Under the pieces are notes generated by a model. That model had not been told where the DNA came from and made no database searches. It was given only the letters and a program-made list of their open reading frames with translations. DNA of 64,000 nt, from contig CAWJSJ010000002.1 of assembly GCA_963845565.1 (NCBI GenBank), forward strand, positions 608,001 through 672,000, given 5' to 3'. The position numbers and the translations under genes are program-made. This DNA is from an uncultured Methylomirabilota bacterium. GTDB taxonomy: Bacteria > Methylomirabilota > Methylomirabilia > Methylomirabilales > 2-02-FULL-66-22. Shown in pieces: positions 8,126 through 17,942 of the stretch (position 1 is the first letter of the stretch; each line of letters begins with the position of its first letter).

Positions 8126-9030
8126 GGCGCCGTCGCTCCGCTCCGCTCCGACTGCAATACCAGGATGTAGAGGCTGGAGAAAACCAGCAGCAGGGCCAGC
8201 AGGATCACGCCGATGGCCGCCGCGGGCCCGAACCGGTTCGCCTGGAACGCCGTGTTGAAGATGAGCACGGGGAGCACCTCGGTGGCGTTGATGGGGCCGC
8301 CCCGCGTCATGACCGCCACGATGTCGAAGGTGCGGATGGTGTTGATCACGTCCAGCGTCGTGGCCACCACGAGCAGGTAACGGAGGTGCGGAAGCGTTAC
8401 GAAGAGGAACCGTTGCAGGGCTCCCGCCCCGTCGATGGAGGCCGCCTCGTACTCCTCCTTGGGCACGGTCTGGAGGCCAGCCAGCAGGATCAGCATGACG
8501 AAGGGAAAGCCTCGCCACACGTCCACGGCGATGACGGACCACAGCGCCAGCGCCGGCTCTCCCAGCCAGACCTGGTTGGCCGCGATCAGCCCGACTGATC
8601 GCAGCAGGTGGTTCACCACGCCGAAGTGCGGATCCAGCAGCCACACCCAGGCGATGGCCCCGATCACCGGCGTCACCATCCAGGGGGTGAGGAACGCCAG
8701 GCGGATGGTGGTCCGCCCGCGGCGCAGAGTGTTGAGGAACAGCGCCACCGGCATGCCGATGGCGAGGTGCAGCCCCACGCAGGCGGCGGTGAAGACGACC
8801 GACACGCGGAGCGAGTTCCAGAAGGCGGTGTCGTCCAGAAGGCGCGTGTAGTTCTGAAGGCCCACGAAGCGGACGTTCACCCCGGCTTCGCGGTAGAGGC
8901 TGGTGACGAAGGCGTGGGCCAGCGGGAGAATGATGATGCCAAGGAGGAACAGCAGCATGGGGGCGACGAAGAGATACCCCAGCCACCGCTCCCGCCGCAG
9001 CCCTCGTCCCAGCCACCCGGCCTGGGGCAC
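8122..9030 (-). CDS. Carbohydrate ABC transporter permease (MalF-like)
   Basis: FVGLQNY, EEYEAASIDGA, MTRGGP. Confidence 0.92.
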   Translation of the reverse strand: MPQAGWLGRGLRRERWLGYLFVAPMLLFLLGIIILPLAHAFVTSLYREAGVNVRFVGLQNYTRLLDDTAFWNSLRVSVVFTAACVGLHLAIGMPVALFLNTLRRGRTTIRLAFLTPWMVTPVIGAIAWVWLLDPHFGVVNHLLRSVGLIAANQVWLGEPALALWSVIAVDVWRGFPFVMLILLAGLQTVPKEEYEAASIDGAGALQRFLFVTLPHLRYLLVVATTLDVINTIRTFDIVAVMTRGGPINATEVLPVLIFNTAFQANRFGPAAAIGVILLALLLVFSSLYILVLQSERSGATAP

Positions 9031-9031
9031 C

Positions 9032-10369
9032 CTACATCTCCTTGAACTTCTTGTTCAGGTCGGCATCCAGCTTGGTGAAGGCGTCCTTGACGGACATCCG
9101 CCTCAGCAGGGCTGATTGCGTGGCCGCCACGATGTCGTTGGCCGCGATGTCCGCCCAGAGCGGGTGCGGCAGGGGGTAGGCCCGCGCCACCGTCCCGTAC
9201 TCCAGGAACTGCACCAGCGTCGGGTCCTTCTTGACCTCGGGGTCGGTGGCCAGATCGGTGCGCATGGGCATCCAGTTGGAGACCAGCGCCCGCCTGATCC
9301 CCCACTCCCGGTCATTGACGAACTTGACGAACTTCCAGGCTGCCTCCACGTGCTTGCAGTCCTTGGAGATGCTGTCCGCAGCCATGGTGGCCATCGTCAC
9401 CTTCTTGTCCGCGTTCATCGGCGGGAAGGCCACGGCGATCTTGTCCTTGATGGCCGGGTTGTCCCCCACCACCTTGGCCACGCCCCAGTAGGCGTTCCGC
9501 ATGCTGGCGATCTTCTGCTGCGCGAAGAGGTTGGTCTGCTCCAGGTAGTTGATGCTGGCCGCACCCGGCGCGACGACCTTGTGGACCAGGTCCAGGTTCA
9601 GGTAGAACTCCAGCGCCTCCAGCGACTTCGGGTTGCCGGCGAAGGTGGCCTGGGTCATGTCCGCATTGAACGCCTCGCCGCCGTTCGACCAGATCCACAT
9701 GAGGAGCATCCGGGTGGTGGAGTCGGTCTTGCCCGCCAGGATGGCCAGCGCCCATTGCTGCCCTTCCCTGGTCAGCCTCTTCGACCAGTCCAGGTACTCG
9801 TTCCAGGTGGCGGGGGGCTTGGACAGGTCCAGGCCCGCCTGCTTCACCATCTCCTTGTTGTAGATCTCGCCGTAGATTCCGCCCCAGCTCGGCAGACCAT
9901 AGAACTTGCCCTGCCAGCTCGCCGTCTTGATGGCGTCGGCTGTCCAGGCTTGACGGTAGGATGCCGGCTCGGCTTGCCACAGGTCGTCCAGCGGCCGCAG
10001 GTATCCGTTGTAGGCCGCCGTCGCGATGTCCACGGAGACCACGTCCGGCGCCTGGTTCGCCTTGGACGCGGTCACGAACTTCGTCCAGTGGTCCTTCCGC
10101 GCCACCAGGATCGGTTCGACCTTGATATTGGGGTTCTGCGCCTCGAACTTGGCGATGATCGCCTTCCAGACTGGCTCGTACTGTGCCTCCGTCAGGTTCG
10201 CCGTCTGGTACTGAAGGACGATGCTGCCGCTCCGTGCGGCGGGCGCCGCCCCAGAGACCACACGACTACCGGCCACCGCCGTGGTGGCGGCCGCGGCCGC
10301 CAGCCCCTGCAGCACCTGCCGGCGCGACACGCCCCACTTGGCCCATCCATCGGATTTTCGATTCGTCAT
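9032..10369 (-). CDS. Sugar ABC substrate-binding protein, Tat-exported
   Basis: SRRQVL twin-arginine signal; FEAQNPNIKV, APDV, YNK..PPATW family-1 SBP motifs. Confidence 0.9.
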   Translation of the reverse strand: MTNRKSDGWAKWGVSRRQVLQGLAAAAATTAVAGSRVVSGAAPAARSGSIVLQYQTANLTEAQYEPVWKAIIAKFEAQNPNIKVEPILVARKDHWTKFVTASKANQAPDVVSVDIATAAYNGYLRPLDDLWQAEPASYRQAWTADAIKTASWQGKFYGLPSWGGIYGEIYNKEMVKQAGLDLSKPPATWNEYLDWSKRLTREGQQWALAILAGKTDSTTRMLLMWIWSNGGEAFNADMTQATFAGNPKSLEALEFYLNLDLVHKVVAPGAASINYLEQTNLFAQQKIASMRNAYWGVAKVVGDNPAIKDKIAVAFPPMNADKKVTMATMAADSISKDCKHVEAAWKFVKFVNDREWGIRRALVSNWMPMRTDLATDPEVKKDPTLVQFLEYGTVARAYPLPHPLWADIAANDIVAATQSALLRRMSVKDAFTKLDADLNKKFKEM

Positions 10370-10413
10370 CGTCTCGCCTCCTTCTCTCCGCCTGCGATAC
10401 CGGACACTCTCGC

Positions 10414-11547
10414 CTATCGCCACAGGGACTCGGTCGTGCCGGAAACGGGCTGGGGGCGGAAGGCCCGCTCCTTGATCACCTCCAGCTTGAGATCGGTCCC
10501 GAGACCCGGCCCCGTCGGCAGCTCGAAGAACCCGTCCCGGTACTGGACGGGCGTCGTGCAGAGCGCATCCCGGATCGGCCGCTCCGCCTCCATCTGCTCC
10601 AGGATGTAGAAGTTCGGGATAGCGGCGGCGAGGTGCATGGCGGCCAGCATGCAGATCGGACCGCCGGGATTGTGCGGGGCCACGGGGATGTAGTAGGTGT
10701 CGGCCAGGCTGCATATCTTCCGCACCTCGGTGATGCCCGCCGCATGCATCACGTCCGGCTGGACGATCTTGCAGCCGCCCCCCTCCAGGAGTTCCCGGTA
10801 CTCCCAGCGCGACAGCAGCCGTTCCCCCGTGGCGATCGGCACCGGCATCTCCTGTTGCAGGCGGATCATGGCCTTGGCGTTCTCGAAGGGGATCGGCTCC
10901 TCGAACCACCCCGGTCGGTAGGGGGCAAAGGCCCTCGCGGCGGCCACCGCGGTGCGCGGGGAGAGCTTCTCCCCGCACTCGACGAAGATCTCCACCTCGG
11001 GCCCCACCGCCTCCCGCGCGGCGGCCATCAGTTCCGCGGCGCGGGCGATGGCCCCCGCCTCGTTCTGGCGCAGCCTCTCCCCGTTGAAGGCCCCCCACTT
11101 GAAACCGCTGAAGCCGCGTCGGACCGCCTCCCGCGCGGCGGCCTGCACCTTCTCCGGCGTGTCCGCCCCCACCAGCCAGTGGCTGGCATAGCCCCGCAGC
11201 CGCTCGCGGAATGGCCCGCCCAGCAGCCGGTAGACCGGCACCCCGAGCCGCTTCCCCTCCAGGTCCCAGAGGGCGATGTCGATGGCTCCCATGGCCGTGA
11301 AGAGCGTGGGGCCACCCCGCCAGCGCCAGGCGTGATACATCGCCTGCCAGTGCCGCTCCGGACCCGACGGGTCCTTGCCGACCAACAGGGGCGTCAGTTC
11401 GCGGATGGCCGTCTCCACCGACTCGATCGCTCCGTGGAGCGAGCCCTCACCCCAGCCGTGGAGCCCCTCGTCGGTGGACACTTTGACGAACAACCAGTTG
11501 CACCACTCGATCCAACACTTGAAGGTCTCGATCTTCGTGATCTTCAC
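10414..11547 (-). CDS. Mandelate racemase/galactonate dehydratase-like enolase-superfamily enzyme
   Basis: NWLFVKVSTDEGLHGWGE, IDIALWDLEGK, WFEEP, ATGERL, QPD, APHNP, LPTGPGLG. Confidence 0.88.
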   Translation of the reverse strand: MKITKIETFKCWIEWCNWLFVKVSTDEGLHGWGEGSLHGAIESVETAIRELTPLLVGKDPSGPERHWQAMYHAWRWRGGPTLFTAMGAIDIALWDLEGKRLGVPVYRLLGGPFRERLRGYASHWLVGADTPEKVQAAAREAVRRGFSGFKWGAFNGERLRQNEAGAIARAAELMAAAREAVGPEVEIFVECGEKLSPRTAVAAARAFAPYRPGWFEEPIPFENAKAMIRLQQEMPVPIATGERLLSRWEYRELLEGGGCKIVQPDVMHAAGITEVRKICSLADTYYIPVAPHNPGGPICMLAAMHLAAAIPNFYILEQMEAERPIRDALCTTPVQYRDGFFELPTGPGLGTDLKLEVIKERAFRPQPVSGTTESLWR

Positions 11548-11669
11548 CGTCCGTCCTCCATCGCGGTCCTCGCCGGCGGGCCTTCGGTCTTGACCTCTCG
11601 GATATGGCTGTACGCCGTGGCAGAGGGTAGCGCAAACCGTGCGTGCATGCAACGCGGCGAATCGCGCTA

Positions 11670-11798
11670 TCTGTAACTGGATCGCCCGCCTGGACGCGGG
11701 CCACTGCCCAGCGTCGTTCTTCCTCGGGATGCCGTCCCATGGGAGCCTCCTTTTGCGAGGCTCCATAATGGCAGGCTACACACAGGAGGTGCGGAACA
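11670..11798 (-). mobile_element. Left-end remnant of an IS481/IS3-like insertion sequence
   Basis: AGGAGG RBS, then ATG at 11740 reading MGRHPEEERRWAVARVQAGDPV (transposase-like HTH start, lost after about 22 aa); upstream TGT-starting end TGTTCCGCACC. Confidence 0.4.
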
Positions 11799-11950
11799 CC
11801 CGAGATCGCGAAGCACGGTTGTCATGAATCTCGTGGTATTTGAGGGCCGGCGGTTCCCGACAATTCGCAAACGTCGTTCGGTGCCAGTGCCAACGCACGC
11901 GCACACTGGGCGATGGCACCTCGCACCTCCCGCCGAGAGCGTCTCGCCGC

Positions 11951-13180
11951 TCACCCGACCTCGACCGGTTCATCAGGGGCGGACGACTTGGACCGGGTCG
12001 CAGCCCCCACCGGCCCCGGTGCTGGTGTCCGCCCCGGCATCAGGTGGCGTGGCAGAAACGCCGCGTTGGCGATCAGCGTGGGCACTACGGCGCTGGCGAT
12101 GACCGCCGCCACCAGGTAGGTATACTGCTCCGAGGATACGATCCCATGAGTCAGACCGAAGAGGGCCGAGATGGTGCCGAACGTAAGCCCGGTGGACATC
12201 AGCAGGGTGTAGTACCAGCGCTCCGCGCGCTCCGCCCGGAACCGCCCGACGACCGGGTGCAGGCCGAAGATCTTGGTGGCGACCTTCCCGGCAAACAGGG
12301 CGAGAAACGCGACTGGAGCGGCCAGCAGGGCCGGGAGGGAGACGAAGGAGCCGGCACGCAGGAAATAGATGGGGGTCAGGAAGCCGATCGTCAGCGTCCG
12401 CAACCGCCGGATGAACGCGTGGTCGCTCCCCAGGGCAGTGGCGAGCACCATCCCGGCGACATAGGCGGGCAGCACCGCCTCGCTCCCCGCCCAGAGGGCC
12501 AGCGAGCCCAGCCCGAAAAGAACGAACAGCACCCACTTCGTGCGGAACGCCGCGGTGCGGTTTGCGTAATGGTTCATGAGGTGAGGCGTGACCACGGGCA
12601 AGAGGGTGAAGGCCAGAAGACAGACCGCCGCGAACACCAGGGTCCGCCAGGTAAAGGGTGCGAACATGGCCCCCAAGGCCAGGACCGTCCCCAGGTCGGT
12701 GATGAAGCAGGCCCCCAGGATCCCCTTGCCGAAATCCGTGCGGTTGAGCCCCGTCTCCAGCATCACCGCGTACACGACGGCCATGGAGGTGGTCGACATG
12801 GCAATCCCGGCCAGCCAACTCGCCCCGGATGACCAGCCCAGCGCGTATCGCGCGATGGCGGCGCACCCCAGGAACGGCGCGAGGAAGCTGACGATCCCCA
12901 CGACGGTGACCTCGCGCCATTTCCGCCGCATGACCGCCGGCTCCAGTTCGGCCCCGGCCAGGAACGTGAGGACCACGGCCCCGGTCGCGGCCAGGAATTT
13001 CAACCAGGGTTGGTTGGACCCCATGGCCTCCGCGCCGGCAAGGGGCCCGATGATCGCTGCCGCGGCGACCCCGACCAGGATCTCCGTCAGCGCCCCCGAC
13101 ACCTTCAGGCGTGAGGCCAAGAAAGTGGCAACGAGGGCGAGTCCGAACCACAGGGTCGCGATGCCGAATGCCTGCTCCAT
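11951..13180 (-). CDS. Cation:proton antiporter (CPA2 / Na+/H+ exchanger family)
   Basis: Multi-TM; TFLAGAE, MSTTSMAVVY, ACFITDLGTV, LMSTGLTFGTI. Confidence 0.9.
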   Translation of the reverse strand: MEQAFGIATLWFGLALVATFLASRLKVSGALTEILVGVAAAAIIGPLAGAEAMGSNQPWLKFLAATGAVVLTFLAGAELEPAVMRRKWREVTVVGIVSFLAPFLGCAAIARYALGWSSGASWLAGIAMSTTSMAVVYAVMLETGLNRTDFGKGILGACFITDLGTVLALGAMFAPFTWRTLVFAAVCLLAFTLLPVVTPHLMNHYANRTAAFRTKWVLFVLFGLGSLALWAGSEAVLPAYVAGMVLATALGSDHAFIRRLRTLTIGFLTPIYFLRAGSFVSLPALLAAPVAFLALFAGKVATKIFGLHPVVGRFRAERAERWYYTLLMSTGLTFGTISALFGLTHGIVSSEQYTYLVAAVIASAVVPTLIANAAFLPRHLMPGRTPAPGPVGAATRSKSSAPDEPVEVG

Positions 13181-13243
13181 ACCCAACCTCTCCTGCAGGG
13201 GCGCCCCCCGCCTGGTACGATCGGGGGCCGTCACGAGGACAAC

Positions 13244-13274
13244 AAAAAACTCCCACCGGCGCTGCCAGTAGGAG
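13244..13274 (-). terminator. Intrinsic terminator forming the riboswitch expression platform
   Basis: Minus strand CTCCTACTGGC-AGC-GCCGGTGGGAG-TTTTTT; the 5' arm overlaps the aptamer 3' end. Confidence 0.8.
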
Positions 13275-13316
13275 TCATCACCCCGCTCGGGGCGGGGACA
13301 CGCGAACTCCATCGCG
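13268..13316 (-). ncRNA. Fluoride riboswitch (crcB motif)
   Basis: Minus strand CGCGATGGAGTTCGCG...CCGCCCCGAGCGGGG-TGATGACTCCTAC matches the GxGATGGxGTTCxC...TRATGACxCCTAC consensus. Confidence 0.88.
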
Positions 13317-13330
13317 ATTCGACTGGAAGA

Positions 13331-13359
13331 AGTATCGTCCGCGGACGCCGCGTCGTCAA
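13331..13359 (-). promoter_or_regulatory. Sigma70-type promoter for riboswitch/antiporter
   Basis: Minus strand TTGACG-17 bp-GATACT just upstream of the aptamer. Confidence 0.6.
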
Positions 13360-13449
13360 GCCGATTTCCTGTTCTCTGCCCATTGCCACACGAGGCCCAC
13401 GTTTCTCGTGTGCCCCTGGAAGAGCCGGCCCCCCGGAGGAAATCGGCTG

Positions 13450-13478
13450 TTGACGAGTCGGCGTCAAATAATATATTA
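13450..13478 (+). promoter_or_regulatory. Promoter/operator with inverted repeats
   Basis: TTGACG-agtcgg-CGTCAA followed by palindromic TAATATATTA; an AT-rich patch in GC-rich DNA. Confidence 0.45.
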
Positions 13479-13558
13479 GAGACATATTGGTGGTGCATTG
13501 GCCGCCTTCAGGGACTGGGAGGAGTTCATCGCGGACGCCGGGTCATCAGGGGGTGCGC

Positions 13559-13810
13559 ATGGCGGCCGAATCGTTGGCCGATCACGTTTCCGAGACCATC
13601 GGAAACGTGATCATCGCCTGTGCGCTCCGGCCCGGCCGGCAGATCGCGCAACCGCAACAAACACCTCTACCGATCCATCGCCGTCACGACGGGAAGCCAA
13701 GCGCTCGTCGAGGCGCTCTCGGGCAGATGGTGCGCCTGGGGCCGTCTTGACGCGCACGCGCAGTCAACGACAACCGCATTGCTGAATGTCTACCGAAAGG
13801 AGGTCGCGGA
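13559..13810 (+). pseudogene. Internally deleted GntR-family regulator remnant
   Basis: MAAESLADHVSETIGNVIIACALRPGRQI resembles a GntR N-terminus; another frame gives an FCD-like fragment LYRSIAVTTGSQALVEALSG. Confidence 0.5.
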
Positions 13811-13881
13811 TCCGGACGTCCACAACCATCGCCCTGCGTTCCTGCTGGCACCATTCACACCCGTACGGAAGGAGGATTCCA

Positions 13882-15042
13882 GTGAAGGTCAATACCAGAG
13901 TCGGCCTGTCGTGCCTCGCCGTAGTGCTGGGCGTTGCATTTCTGGGCGCACCGGCGTCCGCGCAAACGATCAAGATCGGCCATCAGGTCGCCTTGACGGG
14001 CCCCAACGCCACCTGGGGCCAGTCGGAGGCCAACGCTGTGAAAATGGCCGTGGACAAAGTCAACGCGCAGGGCGGCGTGCTGGGGCGGAAGCTCGAGATC
14101 GTCGCCTATGACAACCGGGCGGACCGCCTGGAAGCCGTCAATGTCGCCAAGCGGCTGGTGGAACAGGACAAGGTCGTTGCCATCATCGGTCCGGCGCAGA
14201 GCGGCGTGACCAACGCCATTCGCGAAGTGAACAACTCTGCCAAGGTGCCCGTGATCGCCACCACGGCCACCAATCCCAAGGTCACCGTGAACGACAACGG
14301 TTCGGTGGTCCCCTACACCTTCCGTGTGTGTTTCATCGACCCCTTCCAGGGCACGGTCGCCGCGCAATTCGCGTTCAAGGATTTGAAGGCCAAGACGGCT
14401 GCCGTCCTGTACGACGTGGGCGACGAGTATTCCCAGTTCCTGGCCAAGTACTTCGTGGAGGCTTTCGAGAAGGCCGGCGGAAAGATCACGACGAACGAGG
14501 CGTTCCGGTCCGGCGAACTCGACTTCCGCGCCCAACTCGGCAAGATCAAGTACGGCAACCCGGACGTGCTGTTCGTTCCCACCATGCAAAAGGAGGCCGC
14601 GCTGGTGGCCAAGCAGGCCCGAGACCTGGGGATCAAGGCAAAGCTCCTGGGGGGCGACGGCTGGGGCAGCCCCGACCTCTTTGACCTGGCCGGGCCGGCG
14701 ATCGACGGGTCGTATTTCGTCAATATCGCGGCCCTGGAAGATCCGGCGATTCAGGAGTTCATCAAGGACTATCGCGCCAAGTACAAAGAGGACCCGGTGT
14801 TGCCGAACCCCGTGCTGGCCTATGACGCCGTGCTGTGGCTGGTCGATGCCATCAAACGCGCCGGCACGACCGACGGCGAGAAGCTGAAGGCGGCGATGGA
14901 GCAGACCAAGAACCTGCAGGTCCTCACAGGCAAGTTGACCGTCGATCCCAAGACGCACAATCCCCTGAACAAGCCCGCCGTGATTCAGGAAACCAAGGGC
15001 GGGAAGTTCGTCTACGTCAAGACGTTTGTAACAACCGACTGA
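13882..15042 (+). CDS. Branched-chain amino acid (Liv) ABC substrate-binding protein
   Basis: AAGGAGG RBS, signal peptide, IKIG..ALTG, VNAQGGVLGRK, FRVCFIDPFQG, LGGDGW. Confidence 0.92.
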   Translation: MKVNTRVGLSCLAVVLGVAFLGAPASAQTIKIGHQVALTGPNATWGQSEANAVKMAVDKVNAQGGVLGRKLEIVAYDNRADRLEAVNVAKRLVEQDKVVAIIGPAQSGVTNAIREVNNSAKVPVIATTATNPKVTVNDNGSVVPYTFRVCFIDPFQGTVAAQFAFKDLKAKTAAVLYDVGDEYSQFLAKYFVEAFEKAGGKITTNEAFRSGELDFRAQLGKIKYGNPDVLFVPTMQKEAALVAKQARDLGIKAKLLGGDGWGSPDLFDLAGPAIDGSYFVNIAALEDPAIQEFIKDYRAKYKEDPVLPNPVLAYDAVLWLVDAIKRAGTTDGEKLKAAMEQTKNLQVLTGKLTVDPKTHNPLNKPAVIQETKGGKFVYVKTFVTTD

Positions 15043-15053
15043 GCTGATTTCCG

Positions 15054-15099
15054 CGCGATGGCGGGGCGGCCCGACCTCTCGGACCGCTCCGCCATCGCG
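15054..15099 (+). other. Intercistronic hairpin after the SBP gene
   Basis: CGCGATGGCGGGGCGG...CCGCTCCGCCATCGCG with no U-tract. Confidence 0.55.
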
Positions 15100-15119
15100 T
15101 CGGTGCGGTGAGGTGTCCG

Positions 15120-16010
15120 GTGGTCCTGCAAACGATCATCACCGGCCTGTCGATCGGCAGCATCTACGCGCTGATGGCCGTGGGCTATTCGCTGGTCTTC
15201 TCGGTGCTGAATTTCTCCAATTTTGCCCACGGCGCCATCATCACCCTGGGCGCATACATCGCGTGGGCTATCATGGTCCACTTCTTCAGGCTGCCGTTCC
15301 TGCCCGCCCTGCTGCTGTCGATCGTGGGGGCGGGCATCCTGGCCTTCCTGAACGAGCGCATCGCCTACCGGACGCTCCGCCGCCGCCGCGCGCCCTCGCT
15401 CTATCTCATGATCAGCGCCATGGGCATGGCCATCGCCCTGCAGAACCTCTTGTACGCCACCGTCGGCGCCAAGCTCTACGCCCTCCCGCCGGTGTTCACG
15501 CAGGATTCGTTCGAAGTGGGCGGCGCGACGATCAGTCGCATGGATCTCTTTGCCTTTGTCTTTTCCGTCGTGGCGATCGGCTTGCTGCACTTCCTCCTCA
15601 TGCATACCAAGGTCGGCACGGCGATCCGCGCCGCGTCCCACGACATGGAAATGGTCGCGGTCCTGGGGGTGAACCTCGACGTGCTGGTGGCGGTGCTGTT
15701 CCTCATCGCCGGCGGCCTCGGCGGCATGGCGGGGGTCTTCATGGGCGTCAAGTACATGGTGTATCCGAGCATGGGCTGGATCACCAACAAGGCGTACATC
15801 GGCGCGGTCATCGGCGGACTGGGAAGCCTGCCCGGCGCGATCGTCGGGGGCATCCTGCTGGGCCTCCTCGAGGCGCTGGTGTCGGTGACCACCATCGGCT
15901 CGGTGCAGTTGTCCACCTATCGGGATGTGTTCAGCTTCGGCATCTTGGCCATCCTCCTCATCGTGCGCCCGACGGGCCTGTTCGGCCGGTTCGTCGAGGA
16001 GAAGCTCTAG
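15120..16010 (+). CDS. livH: Liv ABC permease
   Basis: GSIYALMAVGYSLV...NFAHG, IGGLGSLPGA, RPTGLFG. Confidence 0.9.
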   Translation: MVLQTIITGLSIGSIYALMAVGYSLVFSVLNFSNFAHGAIITLGAYIAWAIMVHFFRLPFLPALLLSIVGAGILAFLNERIAYRTLRRRRAPSLYLMISAMGMAIALQNLLYATVGAKLYALPPVFTQDSFEVGGATISRMDLFAFVFSVVAIGLLHFLLMHTKVGTAIRAASHDMEMVAVLGVNLDVLVAVLFLIAGGLGGMAGVFMGVKYMVYPSMGWITNKAYIGAVIGGLGSLPGAIVGGILLGLLEALVSVTTIGSVQLSTYRDVFSFGILAILLIVRPTGLFGRFVEEKL

Positions 16011-16019
16011 GAGGCAGGC

Positions 16020-17942
16020 ATGGCATACGCGCAAGCGATCTTCACCAATTCGGCGATCTATATCATCGCGGCGATGGGCCTGGCCATCTTCACCGGCTAC
16101 ACGGGCCTGTTCAGCCTCGGCCATGCGGCGTTCATGGCCGTGGGCGCCTACACGGCGGCGATCCTCACCTATTTCTACCACTGGCCGTTGTTGCCCGCCT
16201 TGCTGGTCGGCATGATCGTGTCCGTGCTGGTCAGTGTGGTGGTCGGCTACCCCACCTTGCGCGCCAAGCTGCGCTCGGATTATTTCGCCATCGCGACGCT
16301 CGGATTCGGCGAGGCGCTGAAAGTCGTCCTCGAGAACCTGGACCTCACGCAGGGCGCGCGCGGGCTGCCCGGCATCCAAAAGCTGGCGGACCCGGTCAAC
16401 ACGGCGGTCTGGATGGTGCTGACGATCTGGCTGTGCCGAAACTTCCTGCGCAGCACCTACGGTCGCAAGATCATCGCCATCGGCCAGGACCCCGTCGCCG
16501 CCGAGATGATCGGGATTCGACTCTTGCCGAACCAGATGCTCTCCTTGGCGATCAGCGCCGCCTGTGCCGGCCTGTCGGGCGGATTGCTCGCCCACTACAT
16601 CACCTTCATCCAGCCGGCCATCTTCAGCATGGACTTGTCCAGCCTGTTAACGGCCGGCGTGGTGTGCGGCGGCATGGGCAGCCTGACGGGCCCCTTCGTG
16701 GCCACGGCCCTGTTCGTCGTCGTGCCGGAACTGTTCCGCGGCTTGGCCCTGTGGCGCCTGGTGCTCTACGGCGTGCTCCTCGTGGTCATCATGAACTTGC
16801 GCCCCAAGGGCCTCTTCGGCCACGAAGAGTTGAGCCTGAGCAATTTGCCCAAGCTCTTCATGATGGTTGGCCTTACCGCGGGTCTGACCATAGGCGCCGG
16901 CTTCTACAAAGACTACGTGCAAGAATGGGGAGAGATCCCGGCGTGGCTGTTGGCGGCCGCGGTCACCCTGGGTGCGACCCTGGCAATCAGCTACCTGGGT
17001 CATGGCCTGGCCTGGCTCCTGCGACCGGCCCTGCCGCGCCTCGGGGCGGTCTGGAATCGCCACGTCACCGGTTTCGTGCGGGTTCTCGGCGGACGGAAGA
17101 CCCAGACCGCCCCCGTGATCGCCCCCCCCTCGCCGGACCCGCCCGTGCCCCTTGACCAACCGCTCTTGCGCATTCGCGGCTTGAGTAAGCGGTTCGGCGG
17201 CGTGATCGCTGTCGACGACGTGGACCTCGAGGTGTGGCCCGGCCAGGTCGTGGGTCTCATCGGCCCGAACGGGTCCGGCAAGACCACGCTGTTCAACCTG
17301 ATGAGCGGCGTCTACCCGGTCGACTCCGGATCCGTGCTTTTCGGTGGCCGCGAACTGGCGGGGCAGCCGCCGACCAGCATCGTGCTCGGAGGCATCTCGC
17401 GGACGTTTCAAAACATCCGGCTTTTTCCCAGCATGACCGTCCTGGAAAACGTGCAGACGGCACTCCACCGGGCCGGCGACTACGGCCTGCTCGCCGCCCT
17501 GGTGCAGTGGCCGTGGACGGTCTGGGCCACGGAAGAAAGATTGCGGAACGGCGCGTTGGAGCTACTCGATCTGCTGGAGTTACGAGCGCATGCCGATCGC
17601 GTCGCCGGGACACTGCCCTATGGGTTGCAGCGCAAGCTCGAGATCGCCCGCGCCCTCGCCCTGCAGCCGACGCTCCTCTTGCTTGACGAGCCGGCCGCTG
17701 GGATGAACCCCCGCGAATCGCTCGAACTGGTCGCGCTGCTCAGGCGCGTCCACCAGCGACGGCACCTGACGATCATCTTGATCGAACACCACATGGACGT
17801 CGTCATGAACCTGTGCGAGCGCATCACCGTGCTCAATTTCGGCAAGAAGATCGCAGAGGGAACGCCCGGCGAGATCCAAGCCAACCCCCTCGTGCTGGAA
17901 GCCTATCTGGGAGACACGGTGGAGCATGTTGCTATCCGTTGA
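16020..17942 (+). CDS. Fused Liv permease and ATPase (LivM-LivG)
   Basis: N-terminal GYTGLFSLGHAAF, DYFAIATLGFGE; C-terminal GPNGSGKTT, SRTFQNIRLF, LLDEPAAG, IEHHM. Confidence 0.9.
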   Translation: MAYAQAIFTNSAIYIIAAMGLAIFTGYTGLFSLGHAAFMAVGAYTAAILTYFYHWPLLPALLVGMIVSVLVSVVVGYPTLRAKLRSDYFAIATLGFGEALKVVLENLDLTQGARGLPGIQKLADPVNTAVWMVLTIWLCRNFLRSTYGRKIIAIGQDPVAAEMIGIRLLPNQMLSLAISAACAGLSGGLLAHYITFIQPAIFSMDLSSLLTAGVVCGGMGSLTGPFVATALFVVVPELFRGLALWRLVLYGVLLVVIMNLRPKGLFGHEELSLSNLPKLFMMVGLTAGLTIGAGFYKDYVQEWGEIPAWLLAAAVTLGATLAISYLGHGLAWLLRPALPRLGAVWNRHVTGFVRVLGGRKTQTAPVIAPPSPDPPVPLDQPLLRIRGLSKRFGGVIAVDDVDLEVWPGQVVGLIGPNGSGKTTLFNLMSGVYPVDSGSVLFGGRELAGQPPTSIVLGGISRTFQNIRLFPSMTVLENVQTALHRAGDYGLLAALVQWPWTVWATEERLRNGALELLDLLELRAHADRVAGTLPYGLQRKLEIARALALQPTLLLLDEPAAGMNPRESLELVALLRRVHQRRHLTIILIEHHMDVVMNLCERITVLNFGKKIAEGTPGEIQANPLVLEAYLGDTVEHVAIR

